A model generated the notes under the pieces. That model was not told the DNA's origin and made no database searches. It saw only the letters and a list, made by a program, of their open reading frames with translations. The translations under genes were made by a program, and so were the position numbers. This document shows, piece by piece, positions 51,108 to 64,000 of a stretch of 64,000 bases of DNA (positions are counted from its first letter, which is position 1; each line of letters starts with the position of its first letter). The stretch covers positions 66,528,001 through 66,592,000 of the forward strand of contig NC_045696.1 of NCBI RefSeq assembly GCF_009834535.1, in the 5' to 3' direction. This DNA comes from Camelus ferus (lineage: Eukaryota).

Positions 51108-51500
51108 TAGTTAGACAGGCGTGGTCACCAGAGGGGACAAGGGAAAGGCTCAGGAAAACAAAGTTTCTTATATTCACAGTTTCTAGAGAGTCCCTGCAAG
51201 GCATGAAGGGGTCATGTAGTGGGAGCGTCAAGGGGGCCAGCATGACCAAGTAGTTGGGGGAGCAGAGAGAGGGAGTGAGGACCCCAGGGCAAGTGTCTTT
51301 ACTAGGAGTCAGGGTGGAGTACATAAACAAAAGTCAAGAGGATTTTTTTGGAGTATTTGAATGTCACTAGATTGCAATCAGGGGAGGGAAAGAAAGGGAA
51401 CTTGTGGCAAGGACCAGCCTTATCACATTGATGCGCTGGTCCCTTGGGCAGAAGCTCACTGCCTCTACTTACTTCACTGCTATGGGAATAATACGTTGTC
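51108..51500 (-). mobile_element. ERVL-like LTR fragment (family uncertain)
   Basis: 'aaagtttcttatattcacagtttctagagag..agagagagggagtgaggacccca..tctttact' resembles antisense old LTRs. Confidence 0.4.
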
Positions 51501-51879
51501 TTTTTTTTTAAATTATAATTTCATTTAATAAGCATTGCATGCCTGCAACATGTAACACTAAAAGAAAAGCAAAAAGAAAAAAAAAAAAGAATTAGACACA
51601 GCATCCATAGTTAAATTTCTTATGATTTGATTTTATCAAAATGCCTTACCATAGAATCAACATTCATATTTCAAGACTGATGTGTGTCAGTGATTTAAAA
51701 TAACCTTAAAAAGCATACTGATTAATAACTGTTATGAAGAAAGCAGTATCATGCAAATAGGATGCACAGGTGTGGAAGACTGGGTTATTGAGACTGAGGA
51801 AAAGTACTGACTGTAAAAAACTGTCCATTTACTAAAATCTTAGATCACAGTATTTTATTATTTTCTGTAGATTCTACCC

Positions 51880-52046
51880 AGAGCACTGATTCTTCCTTGG
51901 ACTCCACACGTTTGTTGAGGTTCAGGAGTCTATGAAACCCATATAATTGGATGAAAACCTGTGTCTGTATGAGCATCTTTCTGGGGAAAAATTTAAATTT
52001 ACCCTAGATTCTAAAAGTAATAATTCAATAATATTAAGAATCACTA
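51880..52046. mobile_element. MER103-type hAT-Charlie relic
   Basis: 'ttcaggagtctatgaa..ttctggggaaaa..agattctaaaag..ttaagaatcact'. Confidence 0.6.
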
Positions 52047-52069
52047 ATGCTGATTAATTTGCTGCTTCT

Positions 52070-52300
52070 TTTAGGGAAGACAGTATGTTTGGTGGAAGAA
52101 TCCTAGAATTGGAGTGGAAAGACATAAATTATAGTCTTTAATTTTTGCTTTCCACCAGTCAGACTTCAGAGAAATTATTCAACTACAATGTCTATTTTTA
52201 AAATGGGCAGACTTTCCTTTCCCTCCTGAGAGTCAAATGAGATGGGTTATGTGACAGGCTAGAATAAATAATAAAAGATAAGCAACACAGAGATTATTAC
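52070..52300 (+). mobile_element. MIR SINE
   Basis: 'cagtatgtttggtggaagaa..ttggagtggaaagac..ttttaaaatgggc..gagagtcaaatgagat'. Confidence 0.65.
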
Positions 52301-54239
52301 TATTGCCTTAAATTATTTGTGCTTCTGCATCTGCCAATCTAGGATACATTTTTTGTGAAAATTTTATTTCACTACCAAGGAAATACATCCTTCCTATCTT
52401 GCAAATGTTGACAACTTGGTTTTTCAAAGAATGATCATCCAGTTTGTAGATTTTTAATGTTTTTGGAGCCTTTTGTTTTTAAATGAATCAATGCAAGTAT
52501 CTAACACGCCGTGACCACTGCCTGGTCTATGTTCTAACAGGGGGCAGAGCAGGGGTTGTCCCTGATCTGTGATGGATTCTACCAAGGGAACTTGGAAGAA
52601 CTAATTTTGCTTTCTTTGATCCAAGGTGAGTGGTAGGTTGAGTGAGTGAAACTGAGGAAGAAATAGGAAGAATGGAAATGAATGTGATTTGACATTAGAT
52701 TATGAGTTGAGTTCCCTGCGTTGTCTCCCTGCAATCATAAGTCATATTCTTTCTAAGACTCCATGTTACTGCTTTAAAGATGGAGATAAAAAAGAATGAC
52801 CTCACAAGATTATGGTAAGCATGACGTAATTGTATGTGTAGGATGCAGCTTGTCAACTATAAAGTGATATACCACTTTAAATGACATTCGTCATTAAAGA
52901 ATAATCATTTCAACACAATTCCAAAGTGCAGAATAACTGAATCACTGCCTTGGAGTTTGTTCTGATGGGATTTCGCTAGTGCTTTATTTATTCAAATATA
53001 TATATACATAGGTGTAGTGTATATGTGTTCATTATTTACTATTTGTTTGGGGACATCTAAGAAGGATGCATCATTAGTTGAGAGCAAACTTCTCAAATGA
53101 AAAATCAGAGATGAAATAAAAAGCGAGAAAGCATTTGGAAGAAAAAGGAGAGTCATGTGGTGAAAAAGAAACTGCCTCTTCATGTTGGAGAAGAACAGAG
53201 ATAAGAAGCAGGTAGGGGTGGTAACTAGGACTTTCAGAAGTAAATTTAATTCTGAATGTGGAAAAACGGGAAGCCAAATGATACAGAAGTAGATTAGTAG
53301 ACAGTGATTGTAATAGAATAAAATTATCAATAGGAAATACTCATCCAACTGGTATATGGTTGTGAGAGACTCTTCACTGCAGTTTACCGTGTATGATTTA
53401 AACTAAACTCCTTAACACTTGGGCATGTAATCTGCTTACACCTCTCGTTCCCTGCCCCGAATCCAGATCTCACTGCTAATTAGCAGCACATGTTAAGGGA
53501 AAAGCCCAGTAAGACATTCCAACATGAGATCTGGGTTTGCTTCAAATCCCCCAAACCCCTTCAAGCTCAACAGATGGTTTTCAGTCATTTGTTTTTTGTT
53601 TAAATGGGAAGAACTTTAAGTTATCAATAGCATAACACTCCCACCCTGCTGCCTTTTAGTGTAAATTAAGGCAAAGGGCATATTAACAGTATCTACAAAA
53701 TAGCAGAAGTAGAAGGGAAACCCATAGGAGCCCTGATGAGTGGCTGAGAATCGATATATAGATCATAGCTGGTGGGTCAAAGGGAATGACAAAGAGGATG
53801 TCCCCCCAAATGGAATCAAGGGTTCACAACAGATAATAACTTATTTAAGGATTTAAGACTCACTAATCTCTAGTGAGTTAAAACTTTGTATATCTCTTTA
53901 ATAAGCTTTATATTCATATAAAGTGTGATAACAATAATAGGATATTATGGAGACTAGCTCACTCAGTTCCTAGATACAATGGGATGGGTGAGATATCAAT
54001 GCTTCCCCTTCCTATTTTATATACAATGAACCAGAGAAGTGAAAACTTTTTCCTAAAGTCATGCAACCAATAGCACAGGAGGCAAAGCTGAAATGCTGGT
54101 CTTCTGATGCCATGTCCTTTGTTTTGCCAAGTGTTCCTACTGGCTAAAGAAGCAAATTAGAAACCAAAGGAAAAAAAAAAAAAAAAAGAAGGAGAAGGAA
54201 AAAGAAATAGTCATTTAGCCAGATATTTTCAAATATTTA

Positions 54240-54530
54240 AAATGTATTTCATTTTCATTTCCATAAAGTAAAATTCACACTTAGAGTATACTTTTGACAC
54301 TACATGGACCATTACTTTTGACAAGCCCGTGGAGCCTGGTAACGACTACCACCAAAATTAAGATACAGAGCAGTCCCATCACCCCCCAACATTTCCTCAT
54401 ACTGCCCTTTTACGGTCAACCCCTCCTTTGCCCCCAGTCCCTGACAACCATTTATCTCTTCTTTGTTCCTCAAGTTTTCCCAATTCAAGAATGTCTATAA
54501 ATGAAATCAAACAGTATGAAGCTATGCAAG
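54240..54530 (-). mobile_element. L1M 3'UTR fragment
   Basis: 'accaccaaaattaagatacagagcagtcccatcacccc..cagtccctgacaaccatt..aatgtctataaatgaaatcaaacagtatg'. Confidence 0.85.
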
Positions 54531-55491
54531 CTTTGATTTAGCTTCATTTTTTTTTTGCAGATATTTTATATTAGTGAATGGGATCACCTGGAAAATATTT
54601 AGCTATTTCCCTACACTTTATTTGTACCTGAATCCTGTAGAAACTGCTGAATTCTCATGTTTATTATGAAACGTAACGTCCAAATTCCAAGGCAAAACAT
54701 TGTTCAAGTTATACTACTGAAAGGCTGTACCTAATACAGCTAGAGGGAACACCACCATGGAAGATGCAAGTCTGGCTGTCACTGTTCTTGAGTGTCTCCA
54801 GCATTACTAAATCTGACTTTTGATTGATATTATGAGGAATTGTTATTGACACGTGATTAGATGTATCAGCTACCTCTTTAATCAGCCCTCTGCACAACAT
54901 TAGTACATAGAGATCTATGTCAATTCCTTGACATGTCTTTACATCTGTGCCAGGTCTTATGTGGCCACTTGATAGGGAACAACATTAAATCTTTTCAGAA
55001 CATTGTGTTCAGTTTGAATATTGCTTTTAAAGGTATTTCATACCATGAGCTAAAAATTGCAGGCAGAACTAAGTTAGGAAATTAAATACATATCCAAAAG
55101 CAGAAAATATGAGCTTCCCTGGTTGCCAAGGGAACTGTTGTATGCAAATTTCTGTTTATCTCATGTTTGACTGTGAAAGAACAAAACTGTTGGAAAGGGG
55201 AAAATCTCTTCATCTTGAGTGATAGCATATGAGTATTACTCCCTTCTGCTTGAGAACATAAACAAAAACATGGAATTTCAGGCTAGATGCACTTCTGCAA
55301 TCTTTTGTAAATTGCTGAAACCGTAGGGTTTGTAATTCTTGTCTATAATTCCTTGATTCTTACGTAATTGAACTCGGTTTTTACCCCCCAAGAAAAACTT
55401 TGCAGTTTATTTTTATTGATAACATATACCAGTTTCTTATTATGCTTTCTTTCTTCCCCTTTGGTCACAGGATGATTTAACTTTTTAAACT

Positions 55492-55852
55492 TTTTTATTT
55501 TTAAATAAAATATTAGACTTATAGCAAGCTTGCAAAAACAGGACAGGAATATTGCAAAAATAAGTGTCCTTTACCCAGTTTTCCTTCTCTATATGATCAT
55601 TGTATGTTCAATGGTCAAACCCGGGAAGTTAACATGTGATGCCATCCTATTAAGTAAACCACAGAACTTATTCCAATTTCATCAATTTTTCCACTCTTGT
55701 CATTTTTCTGCTCCAAGATTCAGTCCAAGATCCCACGTTGTATTAGCTGGTGTGTCACCTTAGCTTCCTCCGGTCTGTGATAGTTTCTCAGCCAATATGT
55801 CTTTCATTGATCTTGGCACTTTTAGTGAGTACAGGTCAGTAATATCTTGTTG
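55492..55852 (-). mobile_element. L1MC-type 3' end with near-TSD
   Basis: 'ttagacttatagcaagcttgcaaaa..caagatcccacgttgtattagctg..gagtacaggtcagt'; flanks aactttttaaact / aacttttaaact. Confidence 0.8.
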
Positions 55853-55869
55853 AACTTTTAAACTATTTG

Positions 55870-57110
55870 TTACAAATCTTAGTGAAATTTTAAATGTTAT
55901 CAATCTTGCATTTGTTTCTTTGTGAGTTATCTGATTATATTTATTAGAGTTTTAGTGATTTTTGCTTAAAAGTTACAAAAACTCTATCTATACTGAGATT
56001 TTAACATTAATTACATTTGTTCAAAAATATTTCTCCCAACATGTTTGTTATTTGATGTACACAAGGGTTTATTTTGGTTTTATTTTTTTTTTAGTTTATG
56101 TTCACATTGACAAGCTTTTTTTTTTTTTGTGATGTCTTCTAACATAAGAAATTTATTTTAGTTGTTTTATAATTTGATTATTTTAGGGCACTTAGTATTT
56201 TAGTTGCTTTGTAGTTCACTGTGTCTTTCACTACTTCTAAGCATAAGAAAATTATCCTTATGCAGATATCAGAAATGTTCACATGTGTTTTATTCTAGAT
56301 TTTTAAAATATATAATTTGAAATGCCTTTTAGTGCATATACCTCTTTACTCCATTTATAGCTTATTTTGATATTGGGCTGAGATCAAAGTGATGTTTCCT
56401 AAATAATAAACATTTTTCCTAATATCATTAATATCATTCATGTACTATTCTCCTTGGTTGATATTGCCTCATTTTTTCTATATTAAGTTTCTTTGTATTT
56501 TAAGATCTGTTTGTGGGCTATTTAGTTTGTTGCATTGATTTTCTGTCCAATTTTCTCTCACTAATGGATAATTTTCATTACTGTGGCTTTATTATTGCAT
56601 GCTCACTCATCGTTTTTGATTTTTGACATGTTATCCCTTTAGTCTTTTCAGTTTTTCAGGTGAACATCAGAATCATTTGGTCAAGGTTTAAAAGCATCTT
56701 ATTATTTTTCTAATTATTTAGGTCTTTTCTACCTCTTAGTGAAAGTTTATAGTTTTCTTCATATAGCTGTAATATATAACTTATGAAAGTCATTGTTTTA
56801 AAGGTCTGCATATCCAATCTATAGATGTTATCTTTTACTTTTATATATTTAAATTGTTTACTGAAGGAATACAGGAAAACTGAACATTTTTATATATTAC
56901 CTATTTTTATACAGCTACTTGATTAAACTCATTAAATCTAACAGTTTAGCAAATTGCTTTGGTTTCCTCAAATAATGATAAATTTTGTCTCTTTCTTTTA
57001 TATACATTTTTGTCATATCTTGATTTATTGATCAAATTTCCAGAATGGGGTTAAATAGCACTGTGGATAAGGATTTCTCTAATATTTGTCATTATATATG
57101 ATTTTAAGTT
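55870..57110 (-). mobile_element. Highly degenerate old L1 ORF2 fragments
   Basis: 'atctgtttgtgggctatttagtttgttgcattgatt', 'ggtgaacatcagaatcatttggtcaag', 'ttttatagttttcttcatatag'. Confidence 0.7.
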
Positions 57111-59119
57111 TGAATTTAAGTTGAATGCAAGAAACAGATCAGATACTTTCATGAAAAAAGGAAAAAAAGAGGGAAAGTCACCAATTTCCTATTGCCTATT
57201 GGTATTTCTAGAGGATTATTAGTTGTGAGGCACTGACCGTGTTTGACATGTGAATATACAGTTCTCTCCAAATGAAACTGTCACATTGGGGATATTTAAG
57301 AATGAATACAGGTAACACTCTGCAGTTTTCTTTAAAAAACAAAAAATCCCTGGATTTCTCTATCTCCTAAAATGTTCTTCTTAATAATTATCAGCAGGAG
57401 ATTAAATGACGTCTACCTGTGGTACAAGGACTTCATGGTGAATTGAATCAACAGTCGCAACTGGTGGGATCACCAACTTTTTTATATTCAGATGTCAAGA
57501 GCTCCATTAAATCAGATAATATATGTGAGGTGCCAGCAAGATAATATTTACTTAAGAAGCACAGTCTGGCTTTCTAGGAATTGGCAAGTGCCAAAAAAAA
57601 AAAAAAAAAAAAAATCAAAACAGCCCGTAAGTGACATGATGAGTCAGTGGTAATTCTAGGCTTTCTACCTCCATTGTGGCTTCTGGAAATTTCTCCCTTG
57701 CGTTCCTCACTGTCCTCCCCCTAGACTTGCTTAGTCCAGGTCCTAACTCATCACCATTTTCTTTTCTTATATCCTTAGAGAATACATTTGTTCTTTTAAA
57801 GAATGTGCAACATTTGTGCTTTGTAAAGAAACTAAGAAAACCCAAAGAAAATAAAATATAATAATAGCATTGTAACAGAACACAAGGTCTCCATTCTAAG
57901 AATCACAGAGTTTCAGTTAATTTTAGGAGTGTTCACTGAGCATCAAGCCCTGTGCAGGGCACCACAAAGACTAAGCCAAGACACTGATGGTCAGACAGAC
58001 TCTTGTCTGAGCTGTGGCTGCTGATCTGGGTGCACCACCATGAGAGCATCTTCACATGGAAACATCTAGCAGAGATCATCCCCCTGCAAGTGCATCAACT
58101 GAAAAGAAGAGATGGAGGGTTTCTGGACTCCCGGGCTTGCCTGGGATAGCTCTTTAAACACTCTTCCCTGTTCCTCCCAATCCTGACTTTACAGTAGACC
58201 CCTGACTTTGCACTCTGTTAAAGCAGGACTCAGAGGAATTACCAACCACTTGTTTTCACTTTTGAGGATCCAGGGTGTGAGTTGCTTTCCTATTCTCTTG
58301 CTAAATATAGTCATTTTTCCCTCTAAGGAAAGGACTAACATATATCATTTGTCTCTTATTGGGCATGATACTGTAAATTTATGTTTCAAATCGTGGAAAT
58401 TGTGGGGATTATCAGGTACTCTTCTGGAAATGTGTGGAAATAGAGGACCTTATTGACCAGAATGGACAAAGCACTTTGAATGAAACGCCAAGGAATGGAG
58501 TACTGAGGGCCAGGCAAAAACATGGGCAAAGAAGGTGGGAGAAGCCTGGTTTTAGGACTGGATTCTGTGAAAACGGGAAGGAGGGTGGATGTTCAGACCC
58601 AGAACAGAGGATGTCCAGTGTGCAAAACACATGCACCAGCATCCAGGGGAAAGACAGCTATGAGAAATCCTGAGCAGGGAATGATGAATGGAAATTAATG
58701 GTATACGAGTCCATTGCTCATTTAAGAGTCAGTAATAGTAACAGCATCTACTTCATTTAGAGATCTATTCTACTTTATTTTACTGAAAATATAACAAACA
58801 TTTACAGTGTAGGTTAACTCATGATCTCCTTCCCTATAACCTGCTGTTTCATTATCAGATCTTAATGTCTCACAGTGAATTCTTTTATTTTAGACTTCCC
58901 AGGTACTCAGCCACTCTCCCTCCTATTAGTTAAGAATGGATTACTGTACTTTACATTGGGGTGGAATTAGCTGGCTGTGATACCCTCTCTGGTTGTCCTT
59001 ATGGATAGAACACAGAAGTATGGCACCAAAAGGCAAATTTATACCATCTCTACTTCATAGTAAGGTATTATCTGTTTGGGATTTTTTCTCTCCTGATCTA
59101 AGTGGCAAGGAATTAATTA

Positions 59120-59350
59120 GGCATCACATGCCTCAGAGCCAAACTCCTGGGGTTGGAATTATGTTCTCTGTTATTTCCCACCCTACTAGCTTGGGCAAGT
59201 GTCTTTTACTTCCAGTGCCTCAATTTCCCCATATATAAATGAGAATGACAATACTGCCTACTCTATAAAGAGTGTTATGTGGATTAAATGAGTTACTGTT
59301 TGTAAATCACCTAAAATAGTGCTTGTCTTGTAGAAAATCTGATGTTTTAA
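59120..59350 (+). mobile_element. MIR SINE
   Basis: 'cttgggcaagtgtcttttacttccagtgcctcaatttccccatatataaaatgagaatgacaata..gtggattaaatgag'. Confidence 0.85.
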
Positions 59351-59617
59351 ATAAAATTTAGAGATTCTCTCCAGCCTGAAATTTTCATTTTATAGCTTTG
59401 TACACTCAGTAACTTTTCATTGAGCTCCTGATAAGTACCATGATTTCAGTGATTGAAAAACCTAGACTGAGATATGATCTGGTATCATATGATGTGTTCA
59501 GTTTACAAGTCTCTCCTCATTTCAGTTTGTTACAACAGTACAATGAGGAATGCATTATAAGAATTCTCAAAAATCTCATTTTTAAGTAAGTAGGGTAAAA
59601 GAAAGGAAGTCAATGAC

Positions 59618-59701
59618 TGGATGGATGGATGGATGGATGGATGGATAGATGGATGGAAGGAAGGATGGATGGATGGATGGATGGATGGATGGATGGATGG
59701 G
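59618..59701. repeat. (TGGA)n tetranucleotide microsatellite with TAGA/AGGA interruptions
   Basis: Directly visible. Confidence 0.97.
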
Positions 59702-61742
59702 CTGGCAGATGAATAGCCAGATGGATAGGTTTCTGTTGGTATAAATATTACAAATCTGTGCAATTTAAGCTTTAAGTATGGACTTTATTTTTAAAAACTG
59801 GATGAGAAAGGGTTTACATAATGTAGGAATAAAATATTTGCAGTGAAGAGAACACTACTTTAAAAAAAAAGAAATTATGAAAAAATGTGTTTGTTTTGGA
59901 TTTATGCATTATGTGTTGAAAATCCACAAAAATCAAAAAAGGAAGACTTTAAAAACAAACTGAAATGGGCCAATTGAATTTCACTTTTCCAGGCTCAAGA
60001 AATGCCAAGAAATGAACAGAGCCAGAGGCAAATAATTATTATTTTAATGAGCCACAATAATGCATAAAAAAAAAACGACTTTGTACTTTTCTGATATGTT
60101 TACTTCTCCACCAGATTAAAACATTTACATAAATGGTTGGAAATCTCTGAAACCACCCAAATGTTTTTCGCTGTTATATTAATTTTTCAATCCAAATTTT
60201 TGATTATTTGGAAACATTTCATATTGGGTGCTTGGTAAGCATAAGTTTCCAGATGTCTGTAGTTTGGCACTATTTAGACTATAAACATCTGGAGGGCTCA
60301 CATGGTGTAAGGCAAAGATGCTTAATTAGGGTCTTGGGGATGGAGTTTTCCCAAATGACTTTGGGAAAATAATTTCCCCTTTCTGGATCTCAATTTCTTC
60401 CCTTATAAAGTCGAGGGGTTTGGACTAAGGTATGCCTAAAAGTTCCTTGCAACTCCATAGCCAGCCAGTTTTCACACCAGCATTTTAACTGGGATTTTGT
60501 AGACATTGCTCCCTTTTGTTTTATATTTTTGACTGAGTCCACTCCTCCTTGGAAAATGACTCCTTAGGAAGCCTTTCTGAAAGGCCAATTAGGCTCCAAG
60601 CACTTGAGTTGGCTTCAAATAATCAACATGTGTCTGTGGCAGCTGCCCAGCCAGACCACGCACAGGAGAAATCACCCCACCCCTGGGTGGGCTTCACACT
60701 AGAGCCCCACACTTAACTGTGACCCTGTTTAACTTCGCTGTGTAGCTGGGGCTGATCAGACATAGAAGGCTTTCATGAAAGGGGAAAGCTTTGACTTTTA
60801 AGATGAGACCTGGAGGTCAGGTCTGTTCAGCCATAAAAAAATGTTGCTTATAAGGGAAAGTCCTTGAAGGACTCATCATGGCTTCTTTGAAGTTATTGCT
60901 GACACTATACTTACGGATCCAGCTTAAATTAAAAAAAAAAAAAAAAAAAGAAAGAAAGAAAAGAAGGAAAAAAAGGTTGGATTAAGATGGAAAAGAAGAG
61001 GCAAACTGGGCTTTTAGGAAAGTTCTCCCAGTACTCCCCAAAAGGAGTGTTTTAATTGATTTTCCTTTTTTCCTAAGTCTCTTTGATTTTTACACTATCC
61101 AAGTGACCCATGTGTGTGCTGATTTCATGTCCAGTGCTGTTGAGACATCTGATACAGGAGTCTTGAATCACTGCCTTTGTTTGCACTAGAAATCTAATGT
61201 CGAATACCTTAGTGTTTCTGGAGGTGGCAGCCACCACAACTAATGGATGAAACTTTGAACTAATGTGATAGCTTCCTACTTTATTACAGAAGTAGGCTGA
61301 CTGTGAACCTTTCTAATCAAAGTTCTCAGGCTGCTACCCATGATCATGACTGCTGGCGGAATTGTGTCCACTGGGCAAGGCATGTTAATTTCATCCTTAT
61401 CATTTGTATGAACATCCATTGAATGCCTACCCTACCTAAACACTCAAGATAACAAGAAAATATGACAAGTTCTTGTCATCAGGATGCAGAGAAGACATAC
61501 TTAAGTAGAAATAATTGCAGCAACATCAATTGTAGGTTTGCAGGTGTTTGTATGTTTGTGTGTGTGTTTTAAGTAGTGTCACATAGATTCTTCTATTTGT
61601 TCCTCACAGCAACCCCTCGAGGTAGACCATACAGGAATCATCACTGCTATTTGATTAATGAGGTTTTGAAACTAGGAGAGAAGTGTGGTGACTTGGCTGA
61701 GCTCATCTGTCTGCTCACTATTGCAGTGTCAAATTAACAGTG

Positions 61743-61973
61743 CAATTGACCCCCGAACACATGTTTGAACTGCAAGGGTCCGTATATACGCACATTATTT
61801 TCAATAGTAAATGCCACAATACCACAGTACCTACAGTACTACAGTATCCCAGGATGTGGAACCACAGATAGGGTCGAACTGCAGGTACGGAGCGCTGACT
61901 ATAAAGCTATACAGGATTGTTGACTGTGTGGAGGATGGGCGCCCAAACTCCTGCATTGTTCAAGGGTCAACTG
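61743..61973. mobile_element. MER8-type TcMar-Tigger MITE
   Basis: Terminal inverted repeats caattgacccccgaaca / tgttcaagggtcaactg; internal 'tttgaactgcaagggtcc'; adjacent to a minus-strand MIR (about 61570-61735). Confidence 0.9.
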
Positions 61974-62754
61974 AGTGGGAATGACCATGAGCATCCTGCC
62001 ATCTATGGATGTAAGGATAGAGGGACATTTTCATGTAGACGAAACCAATAAATCACTGAACCCATACCACTGAGAGTTTTGACCATTTCTCAGTTCTGGA
62101 AACCAAGCTTAACCTCTCCAGGCATTCTGAATATGAAACTCTTACACTGTAGTTCTGGATTGGAAAGAAATACCTTGTATTTTGGCATGAAAAATAGATG
62201 TCTCTTCTAGGGGAGGATGTGGTTAAAAATAACATCAGTATCATTAATCTTCATTGCCTAAGAGAAGTCTGTGTTCACAGACACTGGGAGGGCCAGTTCC
62301 CCTTGGGGTTTTTTCTCCTCTGTTTGTCTAAGTAGCCTTTCCTTAAATGCCAGGTCAAAGAAGTGACTGTATTGAATCGTCCTAGTTATTGAATGAATGG
62401 TAATTCTCTTGACTTTTTCAAGGGTTGCCTTGGTCAAAGTGTGTTCTAAGTTTCCCATGTGTGTTTTGGGTAGAGATGAGTGGTATAGAATCCAGTAGTT
62501 TCTTCCTACATTAGTCACAGTGGCATTAAGGTCTCTGCATCTATTTCCATAATAGTCTGGTCCACCACTGCATAAGGAGTATGCAGAGATGTCTCTATTG
62601 GAGGAAAAGATAGAAATATTTACTCTGTCCTAATGTAGTGAACAATTTAAAGAGAGGAGTGTAACAATTCAAGCTGTAACATGTGGAAATATATCCACAA
62701 CCACATATAGTTAATTCTTTCCTTATGTTTATAGTATAAAAATAAACTAGCAGC

Positions 62755-62945
62755 ATAAAGTAGTAGTGTTAGAAAGACTTGAAATATTTAATTTATTTAA
62801 GCCTTGGTTTTCTCTTCTTAAAATGAGATTACTACCACTCACCTTATAGTGATGTTAAGAAGACTAAATATGATAATATATTTAAAGTCTTTAGCACAGT
62901 GGTGCAGTACATGGTAACTATTATTATTATTACTATTATCATTAT
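62755..62945 (+). mobile_element. MIR SINE
   Basis: 'taagccttggttttctcttcttaaaatgagattact..cttagcacagtggtgcagtacatggtaa..attattatta'. Confidence 0.8.
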
Positions 62946-64000
62946 TACTCTGCAGAAATTTGCATCTTGTATGCAAGTGAGATTGAATGGGTAAGAAAAT
63001 GTGAAAAATTAGCTCAGCAAAACAGACCACAGTGGCTAAGAAAATAACTTAAAATATATGTCCTCTTATTAGAAATTATCTTTGCTGAGTAGAATAACAC
63101 CTCCTTATAAAATTTCATATAATTCTTGAGCAGCTGCATATAAAAGCTTCCATAAGAGGATATGTTCATAAAAGATTCTAGACTTGACCACTGTGTCTTC
63201 AGTCATCTGACAGTTCATGAGAAAGATTAGCTAAACACGTTCATTTTCAGTGACCTGTTCAAATCTGCTGCACATACAGTATACATGGGATGTATAATCT
63301 ATGGCATGAGCGAGTCTTCTCAGCCATTACAGCACTTTCTGCCTACTTGGGATCAATTTTTACCATTCCAATGTCCCAAATAATTCGGCTTTAATCACAA
63401 AGACAAGATCACTCAAGTTGAAGAGAGAAACCTTTCAGGAAATAGACCTTAGGGAGTTACAGTGTTCATCTGTTTATCTGTGGATCCACAAACAAAGACC
63501 TGCCTCCTGTTCCAAGACCAACAGGGGCTGCAGCATTAAGGGCACTCCACCTCTCATACCGCGGGCACCATGCGCTGCGGCCCAGGGGTGTGGCTCCGCT
63601 GCAGACACATGACTGTGTACAGCTGACAGTGAATGTGCTAAGGAGAAATCCAGAGGAGGATTCCTTTGTAAATCCATTTCCCAATGCCCACAGCTGTCTT
63701 TGGGACTTGTTTGGGTCATGGTCAGGAATCAGAGATATTTACCACGCTATTGCTGTTGCTGTAGAATCAACAGACCTTTTGCATCCCATGTGTGTGCTGT
63801 TTAGCCTCTGGAAATAACATCTCCTTTTTGAAATATTTTTGAGGATGATTCCCAAACTTTTGTAAGTGGAGAAGCAACAGAGAAATAGTTTTGTTTTTTT
63901 TTTCCCCTTTCTTTCCTGAGGGAGCAGCTGAGGTGGCTTAAGTTTATACTAGTTAGTAGAATTTCACTGCACTGCTTAAGTGATGGCTGCCTGATTTATG

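Noticed and set aside
53481..53491. tagcagcacat, matching the start of miR-15
   Set aside because: Only 11 nt match and no precursor hairpin
53725..53765. CTGATGAG hammerhead-like core (also near 34216 and 7629)
   Set aside because: No stem II followed by GAAA and no stem I/III pairing
59530..59763. ORF with IHPS repeats
   Set aside because: Translation of the (TGGA)n microsatellite
1..64000. CRISPR arrays, operons or defence-type systems
   Set aside because: No regularly spaced repeat-spacer array and no long ORFs; the sequence is mammalian repeat-rich non-coding DNA

Overview
AT-rich mammalian non-coding genomic DNA, most likely from a camelid. That call rests on two tRNA-Ala-derived SINEs of the Vic-1 type and young cetartiodactyl-type L1 3' ends. 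I found no protein-coding gene, RNA gene, CRISPR array or prokaryote-type system, and every supplied ORF looks like noise or overlaps a repeat. The window is a mosaic of interspersed repeats (L1, L2, CR1/L3, MIR, MLT1/MLT2/MER21/ERV1-type solo LTRs, MER5/MER8/MER103-type DNA transposons), microsatellites and repeat-free stretches with clustered transcription-factor motifs. L1 and LTR copies lie mostly on the minus strand, which suggests a long intron of a plus-strand gene (inference). The most notable structures are two multi-level nested insertions with readable target-site duplications (29.9-32.9 kb), back-to-back perfect palindromes at 43.0 kb, a dense G-quadruplex tract at 3.6 kb, a possible retrocopied 3'UTR end at 51.5 kb and a few candidate cryptic or non-coding exons. 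I see no evidence of a novel biological system. Repeat family names are from recall of consensus sequences, and boundaries of old repeats are approximate.
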